Source of the DNA: Chiloscyllium plagiosum
Lineage: Eukaryota
DNA length: 64,000 bases
Direction: 5' to 3'
Assembly (NCBI RefSeq): GCF_004010195.1
Contig: NC_057719.1
Span: forward strand, 40,030,872 to 40,094,871
The position numbers were made by a program, and so were the translations under genes. Of the stretch, positions 12,660 through 25,060 are shown piece after piece (position 1 is the first letter of the stretch; every line of letters begins with the position of its first letter). Under the pieces are notes generated by a model. The model made no database searches, had not been told where the DNA came from, and saw nothing but the letters and a program-made list of their open reading frames with translations.

Positions 12660-13990
12660 GTAGACAATTCACCAACCCCAGATGAAATGTCTTCTAGGTT
12701 ATTAGGGAAGCATGGCAAAATGTCGATGTTTTAACCACCATTTTCCAATCCTCTCGAGCCACAGGTATGGCACTGGACGACTGCAGGACTGCTAACCTTG
12801 TACTGTTCTATAAAATTAGAGTAACAAATAGCCTAAGTATTTATGCTTTCTCAATAGTGTGCAAGTTATTGGAAAAAATTCTGAGATAAGGTATAAATAG
12901 TCATTTAGAGATACACAGATAGCAAAGGACAGCACAAATTTGTTAAGGGGAGGTAGTGATTAACTTGACTGAAATTATTTTTAGGTGTTAACAAGGAGTG
13001 TTGATAAGGTGCTTGAGATGGTCCTCTGATTTTATCAAGGCTTTTGAAATGCTGTTATTTTTCTACCAGTACGCAAAGTATGAAACCCAAGAGAAATGAA
13101 CAAGTTGGATCCAAAACTGGCTAACTGACCGGAAGCAAAGGATTAATGATAAAAGGGTAACTTTGAGAATGGAAAGTTGATTTCAGTGGGATTCTACTGA
13201 ACTCAGTACTCATTCCCTAACTGTTCACAGCACACATATCAGCAATTGAGACTAAAATGTAAGGACATCATCAAGGAGGAAAAACTGTAATCTGGAGGAA
13301 GATATCAAAGGACTAAAAAAGTGGGGAAAAAAAAAAGTGGTAAATGGAATTCTGTCCAGAAAAATGAGGCAATGCATTTGGTAAGAACAAACACAGCAAG
13401 GTAATACACATTAAATAGTAGGCTTTTATCAAGTGTAGTGAAAGAGAGGGATCCTACTGAATCTCTATAGATCTCTGAGGAAGCAGAATAGGTAGATAAG
13501 GCAGTCAACAAAGCATAGGGGATATTTTCGGACGTTGGCCACAACCTGGAGCATAAGGGCAGGATGTTTAGGCCAGCATGATTTAAACTACAGCTACAGT
13601 ACTGCATATAGTTCTGGTCACTTGATTACAGCAGGTGAAGATCACATTGAAAGCGTATAAGAGGAGATTTAGAAGAACATAACTAACAAAGTAGTATTTT
13701 ATTGATAAAATAGCATTGAATAGACTGAGTTTGTTTCCCTTGGAACAAAGAAGCTAAGGGAATATTCCATTGAGGTGTACAAAACCATGAGATGCCTAGA
13801 TACATTGGATAGGAAGGAACTATTGATGTTAGCAGAGACGTCAACAAACAGGGGCATAAACACCAAACAAACTGGTGGTTGGATTAGAGGGGAATTGAGG
13901 AGTAATTCTTTCATTAGAAGGTGGTGAGGATCTGGAATTTACTACCCAAAAGGGTGGTAGAGAAAGAAATCCTCAACAAATTTAAAGAGA
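12660..13990 (+). mobile_element. Highly decayed CR1 LINE (RT to 3' end)
   Basis: Remnants such as gattttatcaaggcttttga (DF.KAFD), cagctacagtactgcatatagttctggtca and VRIWNLLPKRVVE. Confidence 0.7.
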
Positions 13991-14584
13991 ACACAAGATG
14001 TCAAACCTACTGCAACTCACCAAGGTTCCTTCAACAGCATCTTCCAAACACTCAGCCTCTAACACCTGAAAGGATAAGGAGAGCAGATATATGGAAACAC
14101 CACTACCTGAAAATTCCTCTCAAAACTTCTTTCACTGTTGCTGAGACAAACTCCTGGAATACTTTCCTAACAGCACTGTGGGCTTATTCATTGCAGCAGT
14201 TCAAGAAGGCAACTCACCACCATCTCCTCAAAGCCAATTAGGTATCGGCCTAGCCGCTGACACCTTTATCTCATGTATATAACATGGTCAAAACCTACAA
14301 AGGTACAGACAAAGAGATGCAAGCTGCGATTAATCTGTTAGCTATTTTTCAGTTGGCACAGACACAGTCCAAAGAGTCTCCATTTGTGACTCAAATGAGA
14401 GGAGCAACACATTAATCCAGAACTGCTTGCATCCCTCCAAGTTGGCTACATTTTAGTAGCAGCATAGACAACTAGCTACTTTCTAGGAAATGGCACATAA
14501 CAGAATGGTGCCTGTCAGACAGAGAAAAATCGTACTTTGCAAAATTTCAAGGAGTGCAGTCAAAGACCATGTTTTTGCAGATGT

Positions 14585-15620
14585 AGTTATAGAGTCATAC
14601 AGTATGGAAACAGGCCCTTCGGACCAACTCATCCACAGCGACTAGACATCCCAATCTGACCTAGTTCCATTTGCCATCATTTGGCCCATATCCCTCTAAA
14701 CCCTTCCTATTCATATACCCATCCAAATAACTTTGAAATGTTGTAATTGTATCTGCATCCACCATTTCCTCTTGCAGTTTGTTCCATAGACACGGGGAGA
14801 AAGTGAGGTCTGCAGATGCTGGAGATCAAAGTTGAAACTTTATTGCTGGAACACCTCTAAACCCTTCCTATTCATATACCCATCCAAATAACTTTGAAAT
14901 GTTGTAATTGTATCTGCATCCACCACTTCCTCTTGCAGTTTGTTCCATAGACACACCAACCAGTGTGCGAAAAAGTTACCCCTCAGGTGCTTTTTAAATC
15001 TTTCCACTCACCTTAAATGTACGCCTTTTAATTTTGGACTCCCATACCCTACAAAAAAAAAAGGTCTTGACTTTTCACCCTATCCATGTCCCTCATGACT
15101 TTATAAAACTGTAGAAAGTCACCCTTCAGGCTCTGAAATTTGCGAGAAAGAATCCACAGCCTATGCACTCGCTCCCTGTAAATTAAACCCTCCAATCCCA
15201 GCAACACCTTGTAAATCTTTTCTGCACCCTCAAGTTTAACAACGCCCTTCCTGTAGAAGGGTGACCAGAACTGTACTCAGTACACCAAAAGTGGCCTCAC
15301 CAATATCCTGTACAGCTGTAACATGACCATCCCAACCCTTATACTCAATGCTCTGACCAATGAAGGCAAGCATCCCAAATGCAGCCTTCACCACCTTATC
15401 TAGCTGCGACTCCACTTCCAAGGAACTATACACCTATACCCCTCGGTCTCTGTGTTTTAACATTTCTCAGGGCCCTAGCATTAACTGCATAAATTCTGCC
15501 CTGGTTTGCCTTAACAATATGCAACACCTCAAATTTATCTAAATTAAACTTCATCTGCTACTTCTTGGCCCGTATGGTTAAGGGTCCATTGCATTCTGAG
15601 ATAATCTTCTTCACTGAGAG
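14585..15620 (-). mobile_element. CR1 LINE 3' part with an internal 101-bp duplication and a 60-bp insert
   Basis: ORF SSLEVESQLDKVVKAAFGMLAFIGQSIEYK; tatagagtcatac tail. Confidence 0.82.
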
Positions 15621-17744
15621 TTGGACAACAAATATTTCTGAAATCATTCAAGGTCAGGACAGAGTAAATAGGGAGAAAATGTTTCCACTAGTGAAAGGTC
15701 AAGATCAAGGAGGCACAGCTTTAACGTAACTCATAAAAGAAACAAAGGTTATTTACAGAAAAAACATTTTCATACAATGAGTTGTTCAAATCTTGAATGC
15801 TCTGCTTGAGTGTGTAATGAAGACAGGTACAAAGCAGTCAGAGGGGAATTAGATTGTGTGCTCTGAAAAGGAGCAGTGTGTGTGCAAGGTTAAAGAAAGG
15901 ATAGGAGAATGACACCAAGAAAGATGCTCATTTCGAAAGCTGGCACAGACACAACGGGCCAAATGGCCGCCTTTGCAACAATCTTGTGATTCCAATAAGA
16001 CAGGGAAGTGAATGCCATTAGACAGCAATTACACGTAGGTATTTGGCCAATTTTTTCCCCTTTTCACTCACTCAAAGGATAGCAAGGCTTATCAGCGATC
16101 TCATTTGAGTTGAGATTACCTAAATCAGCATCAACCAAAGCTGTGATTGTCTTGATATATATATCATTGATACTCAGAGAAATATTCCTATGCAATGTGG
16201 GGAAGCCAAAACACGTTCAGTTTATATGGTAATACACTGTGCAATAGTTCATAATACAGTTACCCAACGGGAAGAGTAATACTTAAAACTAGTAGTTATG
16301 GCGAATTCAAGAATACAAAACTGAACCACTGTAGTCATCACAAAAATCATTCAAAGAGAACCAAGCTTATTATTTTGACTTATGAACTTTTTTCTAATTT
16401 GGATGGGATTGCTATCCAATTTGGTAAAGACTGTAAAACTAGGAAGAATTTTTGTAATTAAAAATTAACTTCTACAGTTTTAGTTTAAGAAGCATTAAAT
16501 TAGTGTGTCACAATCTTGTCTCTGGAAGCAGACCTTGAAAGAAAAACAATTTTTCTGACAAGTATAAAATTGAAGTACAGGATTTGGAACATAAATCTTT
16601 TGCTTTCACAAGATTTTAATTTAACACTGAGAGACTATGACAACTTAGAAAAGTGAGTGGGAATCAAAAGACAAATAACAGAATACGTGAAACATGTAAC
16701 ATAACTGAAGATTATTCAACACTAAAAGGATCATCGGGGGGAACAAAATGTGTGGCCTATCTTTGCTTTTTCATCTCTAAAACCCAGTGCAATGAATATC
16801 TCCATACATCTTAGCTCTCTTATCTTCACTCCTGTCACAAATGAATCTACTGCAATTAAACAAGAATGTAATTTAGTATCATATACGAACAAATGCAAAT
16901 CCAGATGATGCCCTTTGTAAGATCACTGTCACACTGCATTCAGAACAGCACTAAAAGGAATTTGTAACACTTTACATCATGAAACCATAACAACCAATGG
17001 TAGGCTATTATAAACATTTGTGAACAAACTGATTTCAAGGAGTTAATTGTGTGCAAAAGGTTTCAGTTTTATAGTACTTTAAAAACCAATCATCTAGGAA
17101 GCTTCATGCAACAGTCACATGCACAAACAAGACTTAAGCAAAACAAACATTACAAATCCTCAAACAGGAAGCCAGCTTTAGTTATGGATGCATTATTAAA
17201 GTACTGCAGTATTCAAAATTATAGAAAATTACAGAAATTTGAAAAGTAGAATTGTGTAAAGATGTACAGCCCAAGAATCTGCTTTCATAATTTTTTAAAT
17301 GCAAGGATAAACCAGAAACAAGACCAACATCCATATTAGACACCATCCAGGAGCCGGTCAGCTTGTGTCTAAGAATTTCATCTATGCATAATGGAACAGA
17401 AAATAGAAAATGGACAACTGTAGAACTAATTCGTTTAAATTTTAAACTCAAATATTAAATGCTTCCTAAAACAAGATTAGGCTGTTGTAACTCATTATTT
17501 TGTGAATTAATACATACAGCATTGACATGCAACTCTACAATTATGTTTATTTACATTGACATCAGGTGACAAATAACATTTACTTTATCCATAACAAACT
17601 TGTTACGGCTATTATGACAAATTATTAAATGCAACCAGGTAATTTCCAAATGTCATTTCTAGGCAAACAGAAAAGAGTGCTGCATGTAAGTCAAAAGATT
17701 ATGCAACAGATTATGTTCTTTAAGTACCAGTTCCATAGACTCAC

Positions 17745-17897
17745 AATATAGTTTGTCAGGAACAGAAGTTGCCAGGTAGATCACACTATGATCTGGAGAC
17801 TTTATAGAGGTAGAAGAAGTTAAAACAGGATCCACTATGATGTCTAAATCTGAAACTTTCCAAATTCCTGGAGATTTTTTCAAACTGCCATCTGATT
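17745..17897 (-). CDS. PPP1R13B: Putative alternative cassette exon (9a), 51 codons: (E)SDGSLKKSPGIWKVSDLDIIVDPVLTSSTSIKSPDHSVIYLATSVPDKLY(C)
   Basis: Acceptor ttggacag after a 110-nt AG-free tract, strong GTGAGT donor, 153 nt, phase 1-1 matching exons 9 and 10, open frame. Confidence 0.72.
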
Positions 17898-18499
17898 CTG
17901 TCCAACAAGTCAAAGCAAAGTGAGTCATTGAAGGACCCAGTAAAACAAAAGTCAAGTACAAGGATACAAGAGAATATATTGAATATAAAAGAGAAAGGTT
18001 AAATGATGTCTGAAAAACTAAAATTATAAACACAAATTAGAGTGCTATAAATATATGAACTGAATAATTACTAGTAAAAGCTTAAGTATAACAATGCTAA
18101 AAAAACTCTCTCCTATTTCAGCACTAAAAAATCCATAGATTTTTACAACACCATCTAGAAAAAAGCTTCTGACTTTCTTCCCAAATAATGTGCCTGTGCT
18201 CAAACCTGTGTATTACATTCCATTTTCTAAATTAGTTCCTCCTCAGTCCCTTGAGTAAAACTTCCAACATTGTGCCAAATTGTCAGCAATTTTGTATTGT
18301 TTCCTCAAGGATTGTAAAACTGATTTTGTACAAAATGCATGTAATAGAAGGTAACATTAGTTTGGGTTGGATTTTACTCCAAGTCTCAGAAGTGAAAGAT
18401 CATGTATCAATCTGTTCTCAAACTAAACAGCCACACAGAAAAATTTCAGAAGGATGCTGTTCAGCTCATTGAGTGCCATTAAAAAATCCCATTTAATTA

Positions 18500-19260
18500 T
18501 ATATTCCAGTTGACAATTGCATAATCGTTTTTTTTTCAAGTTTAAGTAAGAGTTCTTCTGCCTTTACTGCTCTTTCAGGCTGTGAATTCCAGACCAAAAC
18601 TTGCTTAAAAATTAGTCAACTTTCATCTAATCTTTGTACCAGTTACTTTAAATCTTTCGCAGTTTATATACATCGAATAAATCTCTCGTCAGTTCTCACT
18701 GTACAAAGAAAACAACTGCAGCCTATCCAATCCTTTCTCAATAGCCAAAAATTTCCATTCCTGGCAGCATTCACTTAACTCTCCCCTGTAGTCTCTCCAT
18801 TGTGATCACATCCTTCCTGCAATGAAGTGAACAGAACTGTACAAAGTGTTCTAGCTGTGGTCTAAATAGTGCTCTCTGCAGAGCTCATGTAATCTCTATA
18901 TCCTGCTCTTACTTCCTTTTATTGTTTGATGCATAGGGTGTATCTTGTTATAGGTTCTTAACCATCATATCCACCTGTTCTACAAGGATACAAAGACATA
19001 TTTCAAAGTTCCTCTGATGCACATTTTCAAAATCCTACACCTATTTTTTATTCCTTTGCCTCAAAACCCTCCTCAAATGGATGTTCTCACTTTTCTTTGA
19101 ATTGAATTTCATTTCCCAGTCTTTATCCACCTGACCAATCTATTGTTATCTTCCTGCAGTCTACAGCTTTCTTTTTCACCATCAAGTGTCAATTTTCATA
19201 TCATCTTCAACTTCTTAATGATGCCCTTGCATTCAAGTCTAAATCAATGCTCTTCAGTAT
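18500..19260 (-). mobile_element. Decayed CR1 LINE fragment
   Basis: Remnants such as cagaactgtacaaagtgttctagctgtggtcta (RPQLEYCVQFW on the minus strand). Confidence 0.6.
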
Positions 19261-19659
19261 GAATGCAAAAGAATCCAGTATAAAATACAGTTTAGTAATC
19301 AAAAACAACACATTAACCAACACATGAATCTACAGGTATACTTTCTCAAATCTGGCAACCTCAAACTATGCCAGATTTTGGACCTGCTGATTGGTAGGGG
19401 AAAAAGATTTGGGATGTGTTACTTCAGATCAGAATGCCTTCATCCAGTAAACAGGGGATGGGGACAACCAACTGATATGAATGCAAAGTAGCTTAGGTCA
19501 ATAGCCAAGTCACGCTGATATTAATTTCATTTCTCACTCTTCACTTATTCTAATAACGCTCTCGTATCTCCTCTAAATCCCTACATCAGCGCAACCTATT
19601 TAAAATGAGAAAGAAAAAGCTTATTTTTTACAATACTGGATTCCTGGACTTAGAATCCC

Positions 19660-19963
19660 TACATTAAAGACAAAGGTCAGTTACCCATCAAGTCTGCACC
19701 AACACTCATAAGAGCATCCCACCCCACTATCCTAATGTTGTAACCCAGCACTTACCATAGCTAATCCACCTAACCCTGGACACTACAAACAATTTAACAC
19801 AGCCAAACCACCTAACCTGCAAATCTTTGCAAACGTGGGAGAAAATCCAAGCAGACACGAGAGTACAAGCTAACTCCACAAAGACATTAACCCAAAGCTT
19901 TAACTGAACTGGGGTCCGTGGTGCTGTAGGCAGCTGTGCTAACCACTGAGCACCATGTCACCC
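19660..19963 (-). mobile_element. Old HE1-type SINE
   Basis: cacctaacctgcaaatctttg...gcagctgtgctaaccactgagc is a degenerate match to the other copies. Confidence 0.7.
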
Positions 19964-20003
19964 ACAATTTAAAGGAGTAGAATCTGTAAATGATTAGAAC
20001 TAA

Positions 20004-20216
20004 TGAGTCTTGAGAAGATTTGTAGCTCAGGTTGAGGTTCTGGATGCAAATTTGCTCACTGAGCTGGAAGGTTCGTGTTCAGATGTTTTGTCACCATACT
20101 AGGTAACATCATCAGTCAGCCTCCAGTAAAGCACTGGTGTTATGTCCCGCTTTCTATTTGTACATTTAGATTACCCTGGTTGATGTCATTTCCTGTTCTT
20201 TTCCTAAGTAGGTGGG
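20004..20216 (-). mobile_element. Penelope-like terminal (pLTR) fragment with decayed hammerhead core
   Basis: Same family as 24622 and 57508; minus strand ctgatgatgttacctagtatggtgacaaaacatc; flanked by similar actaatgagt / actaattgagt. Confidence 0.65.
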
Positions 20217-20760
20217 GACTAATTGAGTTCAGAGTGCGTGGTTTCTAAAACTGTCAATTTAGAATAATAAGATTCCACAAGCTAAATCCAAGTAAGATTT
20301 TCACCATGAAAGTTACACTTGAGCAAAAGGCTTGAGGTTCTATACTACAAAGTGAGAATGAAATAGATACATTGATGTTTTTACTTTTCTAAAATTCATT
20401 CATGGCATCGTAGGGTCACTGGCAAAGTCGGAATTTATTCCACTATCTTATTAGCCCGGAGTCCGTAAAAGAGTAGTATATTTTTGAATTGTTGAAGTCC
20501 ACTTATTGTAGGTACACACATAATGCTGTTAGTTAGGGAGCTGCTGGATTACGACCCAATAACAGTGAAGGGACTATGGTATAATTCCAAGCCAGGATGG
20601 ACTTTGGCTTGAAGGGGAACCTGTAACTCAAATAGTACAAGTTTGACTACTGGCCAGGGACAGAAAGGTGTGATAAATGCGAGGCAAGTAGAGGAATCCT
20701 GAATGTAGCACTAGAGGAATGTCAGCTCTTGACTTCGCCCAAAAGGTATAAATACTTCAG

Positions 20761-21370
20761 AAACAAAAGCAGTTGTTGCTGAAAAAGCTCAGCAGGTCTG
20801 GCAGCATCTGCGAAGTGAAATTGAAGTTAAAGCTTTGGGTCCGCTGACCGTTCCTCAGAACTGATGGTAACTGGAGTGTTGGTTTATATGTAGATGATAG
20901 AGTTTTGTGGACGGTTTACAGAATAAACGATATATCGGGATCGAGCCGAAAAAGAGTGAAGAACAGTTGAACAGACTAAGGAGTCGATAACAATCTGGCT
21001 GGGAGGGTGATCAGCTGTTAATAGAGACAGAGCATCTAACAATAGGTATGGTAGTGTGTAATGGCAGACTGTGAGATAACAAGGCCTGGTGTGTGTAGTA
21101 GTGGGCTAGGGCATGAGTGAGTTCAGGCCCTAAAATTACTGAACTCAATTATTGAGTCTGCAGAACTGCAGGGTCCCCGAGCAGAAAATGAGATGTTGTT
21201 CTTCCAGCTTGTGCTGAGCTTTGCTGGAGCACTGCAGCAAGCCTGAGACAGAGACGTTGACCAGGGAACAGGGCAGTGTGGTAAAAGTGGCAGCCTACTG
21301 AAGCTCAGGACTTTTTTGCAGGCAGAATGTAGATGTTTTACAGTATCCGCAGTTCTTTCAGTTTTTAATT
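20761..21370 (-). mobile_element. Penelope-like element 3' fragment
   Basis: End of GIY-YIG region (ctggaagaacaacatctcattttc = LEEQHLIF on the minus strand); terminal cagatgctgccagacctgctgag motif. Confidence 0.7.
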
Positions 21371-21379
21371 AGGTATGAG

Positions 21380-21820
21380 TACTTGCTCTCTGTATGGATG
21401 AGGAAACAGTCTGCAAAGAGGGTGGTAAAACTAATCACTGCACCATGTCAAGGAAGCCATTTAAGTGAAGTCAGCACAAAGAAAGGTGATAGTGATAGGG
21501 GATTCTATTATTAGGGGCACAGGTAGCACACTTTGTGAGCAGGATCGAGAGTCCCATATAGTGTGTTGCTAACCTGGTGCCAAGGTGAGAGACATCTCAA
21601 GTCACTTGAAAGGTTACTGGAGGCGCAGAGAGAGGATCCAGTGTTGTGGGCCATGTTGGCACCAACAAAGACAACAGTAGACAAAAGATCCTCTTTGGGG
21701 AATGTCAGGAAGTAAGAACATTATTAAACACAGGACCTCAAAAGTTGTAATATCTGGATTATTACCTAAATCAAGTGCAAAATGACAAAAGGGATTCAAA
21801 AATTAGGAAAGTAAATACAT
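21380..21820 (+). mobile_element. CR1 ORF1 (esterase) fragment
   Basis: VIVIGDSIIRG...VCC.PGAKVRD SGNH-esterase motif typical of CR1 ORF1p. Confidence 0.7.
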
Positions 21821-23635
21821 AAGGACATAAGAAATAGGAGCAGGGGTAGGCCATCTAGCCCTTTGAGCCTGGTCCGCCAGTTAATAAGATTAATGGCTGA
21901 TCTTTTCATGGCCTCAGCTCCGCTTACCTGATATTTCACCATAAGCCTTAATTCTTCTACTGTTCAAAAAATTATTTTGGTTGCAAAAACATTTAACAAA
22001 GAAGCCTCAACTGCTTCACTGGCGTCGAATTCCACAGATTCACAACCCTCTGGGTGAAGAAGTTCCTTTTCAATTCGGTCCTCAATCTGCTCCCCCTAAC
22101 TTTGAGGCGATGCCCTCTTGCCTTAGTTTTACCTGTTGGTGGAAACATCCTCTCTACTACTATCTTGTCTATTTCCTTCATAACTTTATATGTTTCTATA
22201 AGATCCCCCCTCATTCTTCTAAATTCCCATGAATATAATCCCAGTCTACTCAGTTTCCCTTCATAAGCCAAACACCTTTACTCCAGAATCAACCTGCTGA
22301 ACCTCTTCTGCACCCTTTATAAGGGCAGTAATCCTTTCTCAAGTAAGGCGAACAAAACTGCATGCAATATTCCAGGTGTGGCCTCACCAGCACCTGATAC
22401 AGCTGCAACATAACTTCCCTGCTTTTAAACTCAATCCCTTTAGCAAATGAAGAACAAAATTCCATTTGCCTTCTTAATTACCCGTTGCACCTGCAGACCA
22501 ACCTTCTGTAACTCATGCACAAGGAAATCCAGGTCCATCTACATAGCAGCGTGCTGCAACGTTTTACTATTCAAATAATAGTCCTTTTTACTGTTATTCC
22601 TACCAAAATGGATGTTTTCACATTTATTAACTTTGTACTCCATCTGCAAGACCTTTGCCCACTCACTTTAAATATGTCCCTTTGCAAAGTTTCACAGTCC
22701 TCTGCACACTTTGCTCGACCACTCATCTTAGTGTCATCTGCAAACTTTGACACACCAAATGTGGTCCCCAACTCCAAATCACTGAGGTAAATTGTGAATA
22801 ATTGCAGTCCCAACACTTATCCCTGAGGCACACCATTAGTCATTCATCCCAACTAGAAAAGCACTCATTTATCCCCACTCTTTGCTTCCTGTTGGTTAAC
22901 TAATCCTCTATCCATGCTAATACATTACCTGTAATGCCATGCATCTTTATCTTATGCAGCAGCCTTTTGTCTGGTACCTTTTTGTATGCCTTTCAAAAAA
23001 TCTAGATACACTACATTTACTGGGTCCACCATACTCGTAATGTCTTCATAGAATTCAAGTAGATTAGTTAAACAATGACCTGCCTTTCATGAATGCATGC
23101 TGCATCTGCCCAATGGGACAATTTCTATCTAGATGTCTTGCTATTCCTTCCTTGATAATAGATTCAAGCATTTTGCCCACTACATAAGTTAAGCTAACTA
23201 GGTGATAATTCCTCATCTTTTGTCTACATCCTTTTTTAAAGCAGTGTCACATTTGCTGTTGTCCAATCTGCTGAAACTGCCTTAGAGGCCAATGAATTTT
23301 GGAAAATTACCACGATTGTATTTGCTATTTCTCCCATCATCTCTTTTAGTACCCTGGGATAAATACTATCAGGACCAGGAGACTTATCTACCTTTAGTTC
23401 CATTAGCTTGCCCAACACTACCTCTTTCATGATGATGGTTGTTGCCATGTCCTCACCTGCCTTCGTCTCCTTGTCGATTACTCGTATGTTATTCGTGTCC
23501 TCCATTGTGAAGACTGACACAAAATACTTGTTCATTGACCATTTCCTCATATTCCATTACTAAGCCCCCCTTCTCATCCTCTGAAGGACCAATTTTACCT
23601 TAGCCAGTCTTTGGCATTTTATATATTTATACAAA
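21821..23635 (-). mobile_element. CR1 LINE, 5'-truncated (RT and tail)
   Basis: ORFs with KSPGPDSIYPRVLKE, SKFADDTK, RRMRGDLIETYK and NFFTQRVVNLWN. Confidence 0.9.
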
Positions 23636-24621
23636 GTAGGAAAGGACATTAAATTTCCACAACATTAATACGACAGGAAGTATATCGTAAACTCTTGCAG
23701 CATAGACACAGACCCTTTGGCTCACTATGTCTATGCCAACCAACAACACCAAACTAACTAATCCTATTTATTTGCATTTGATCTACAGCCTACAATGCTT
23801 TGGCATCTAAAATGCTCATCCAGATGCTTCTTAAAAGTTGTGACAGTACTTACCACCGGACCAGGCAGCATATTCCATATTTCTATCAACCTCTGGATGA
23901 AAAAAAAACCTTTTCTCAGATCTCCTTGAGATCATATACTCCTCACCTTAAACTTGTGCCTTCTGACCTTAGACACATCTGTAATGAGTAAACAATTTTC
24001 ACGATCTACTCTCTCTCTGCCTCTCATAATTCTGAATACTTCAATCAGATCCTCCCTCAGCCTCCATGCAAAAAGGGTCAGGAATCTAACTTCTGGCACA
24101 GTAGATAGGAGGCAACTACAAGAAACAGGTGTGGTCAGTGCAGGACTGAAGGTATTGTACTTAAATGCATACAGTACATGAAACTAGGTAAATAGGCTTG
24201 TAGCGAAGATTGGAATTGACAAATATGTTGTTGTAGTCGTCATAGACGTGGCTGTAAGGGGATCAGGACTGAGAACTAAATATCCAGAATTTGCATCCTA
24301 CCGAAAAGACAGGCAGATGGGGTGGAGTTGCCTTGTTAGTAAGCAATGAAATTAAATCTATAGCAAGTGACATAGGGTCATAAGGTGTAGAATCTGTGTA
24401 GGTAGAATTGAAGAACCTCAAAAGAAAAAAAACACTGATGGGAATGATGCACAATAGTAGATATGATTTATTTTCTGCCCCACATCCTAACATAGAAAAG
24501 GCAAGTAAGAAAGGTGTTATTACAATAATCACGGGGTCTTCAATATGCAGGTGGACTAAGAAAATCAGGTTGGTTGTGGATCCCAGGGAATGAATTTCAT
24601 GGAATGTCTACAAGACTGCTT

Positions 24622-25060
24622 TGGTTGTAAGTTTGCTCGCTGAACTGGAAGGTTTGTTTTCAGATGTTTTGTCACCATACTAGGTAACGTTATCAGTGAG
24701 CCTCTGGTGAAACACTGGTCCTCTGTCCCGCTTTCTACTTGTGTGTCTTGATCTCATAAGGTGGGTGATACCATTTCTGGTTCTTTTTCTCAGAGGTAGG
24801 TAAATGGAGTCTAAATCGATGTGTTTATTGATGGAGTTCCGGTTCGACCCCATTTACCAACCTCTGAGAAAAAGAATCGGAAATGATATCACCCACCTTA
24901 AGAGACCAAGATACACAAACAGAAAGCGGAACAGAACACCAACGCTTCACTGGGGGCTTGCTGATGATGTCACCTAGCGTGGTGACGAAACATCTGAAAA
25001 CAAACCTGCCAGCTTCACAAGCAAACTTACAACCTGAACTACAAACCTTCTCAAAAATCG
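24622..25060. mobile_element. Penelope-like insertion made of two inverted pLTR copies
   Basis: About 185-bp imperfect inverted arms (24625-24811 and 24846-25034) with a hammerhead core at 24961-24994. Confidence 0.7.
24961..24994 (+). ncRNA. Minimal hammerhead ribozyme core (second Penelope family)
   Basis: CUGAUGA-U-GUCACC-UAGCGU-GGUGAC-GAAA-C-AUC; perfect 6-bp stem II. Confidence 0.55.
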
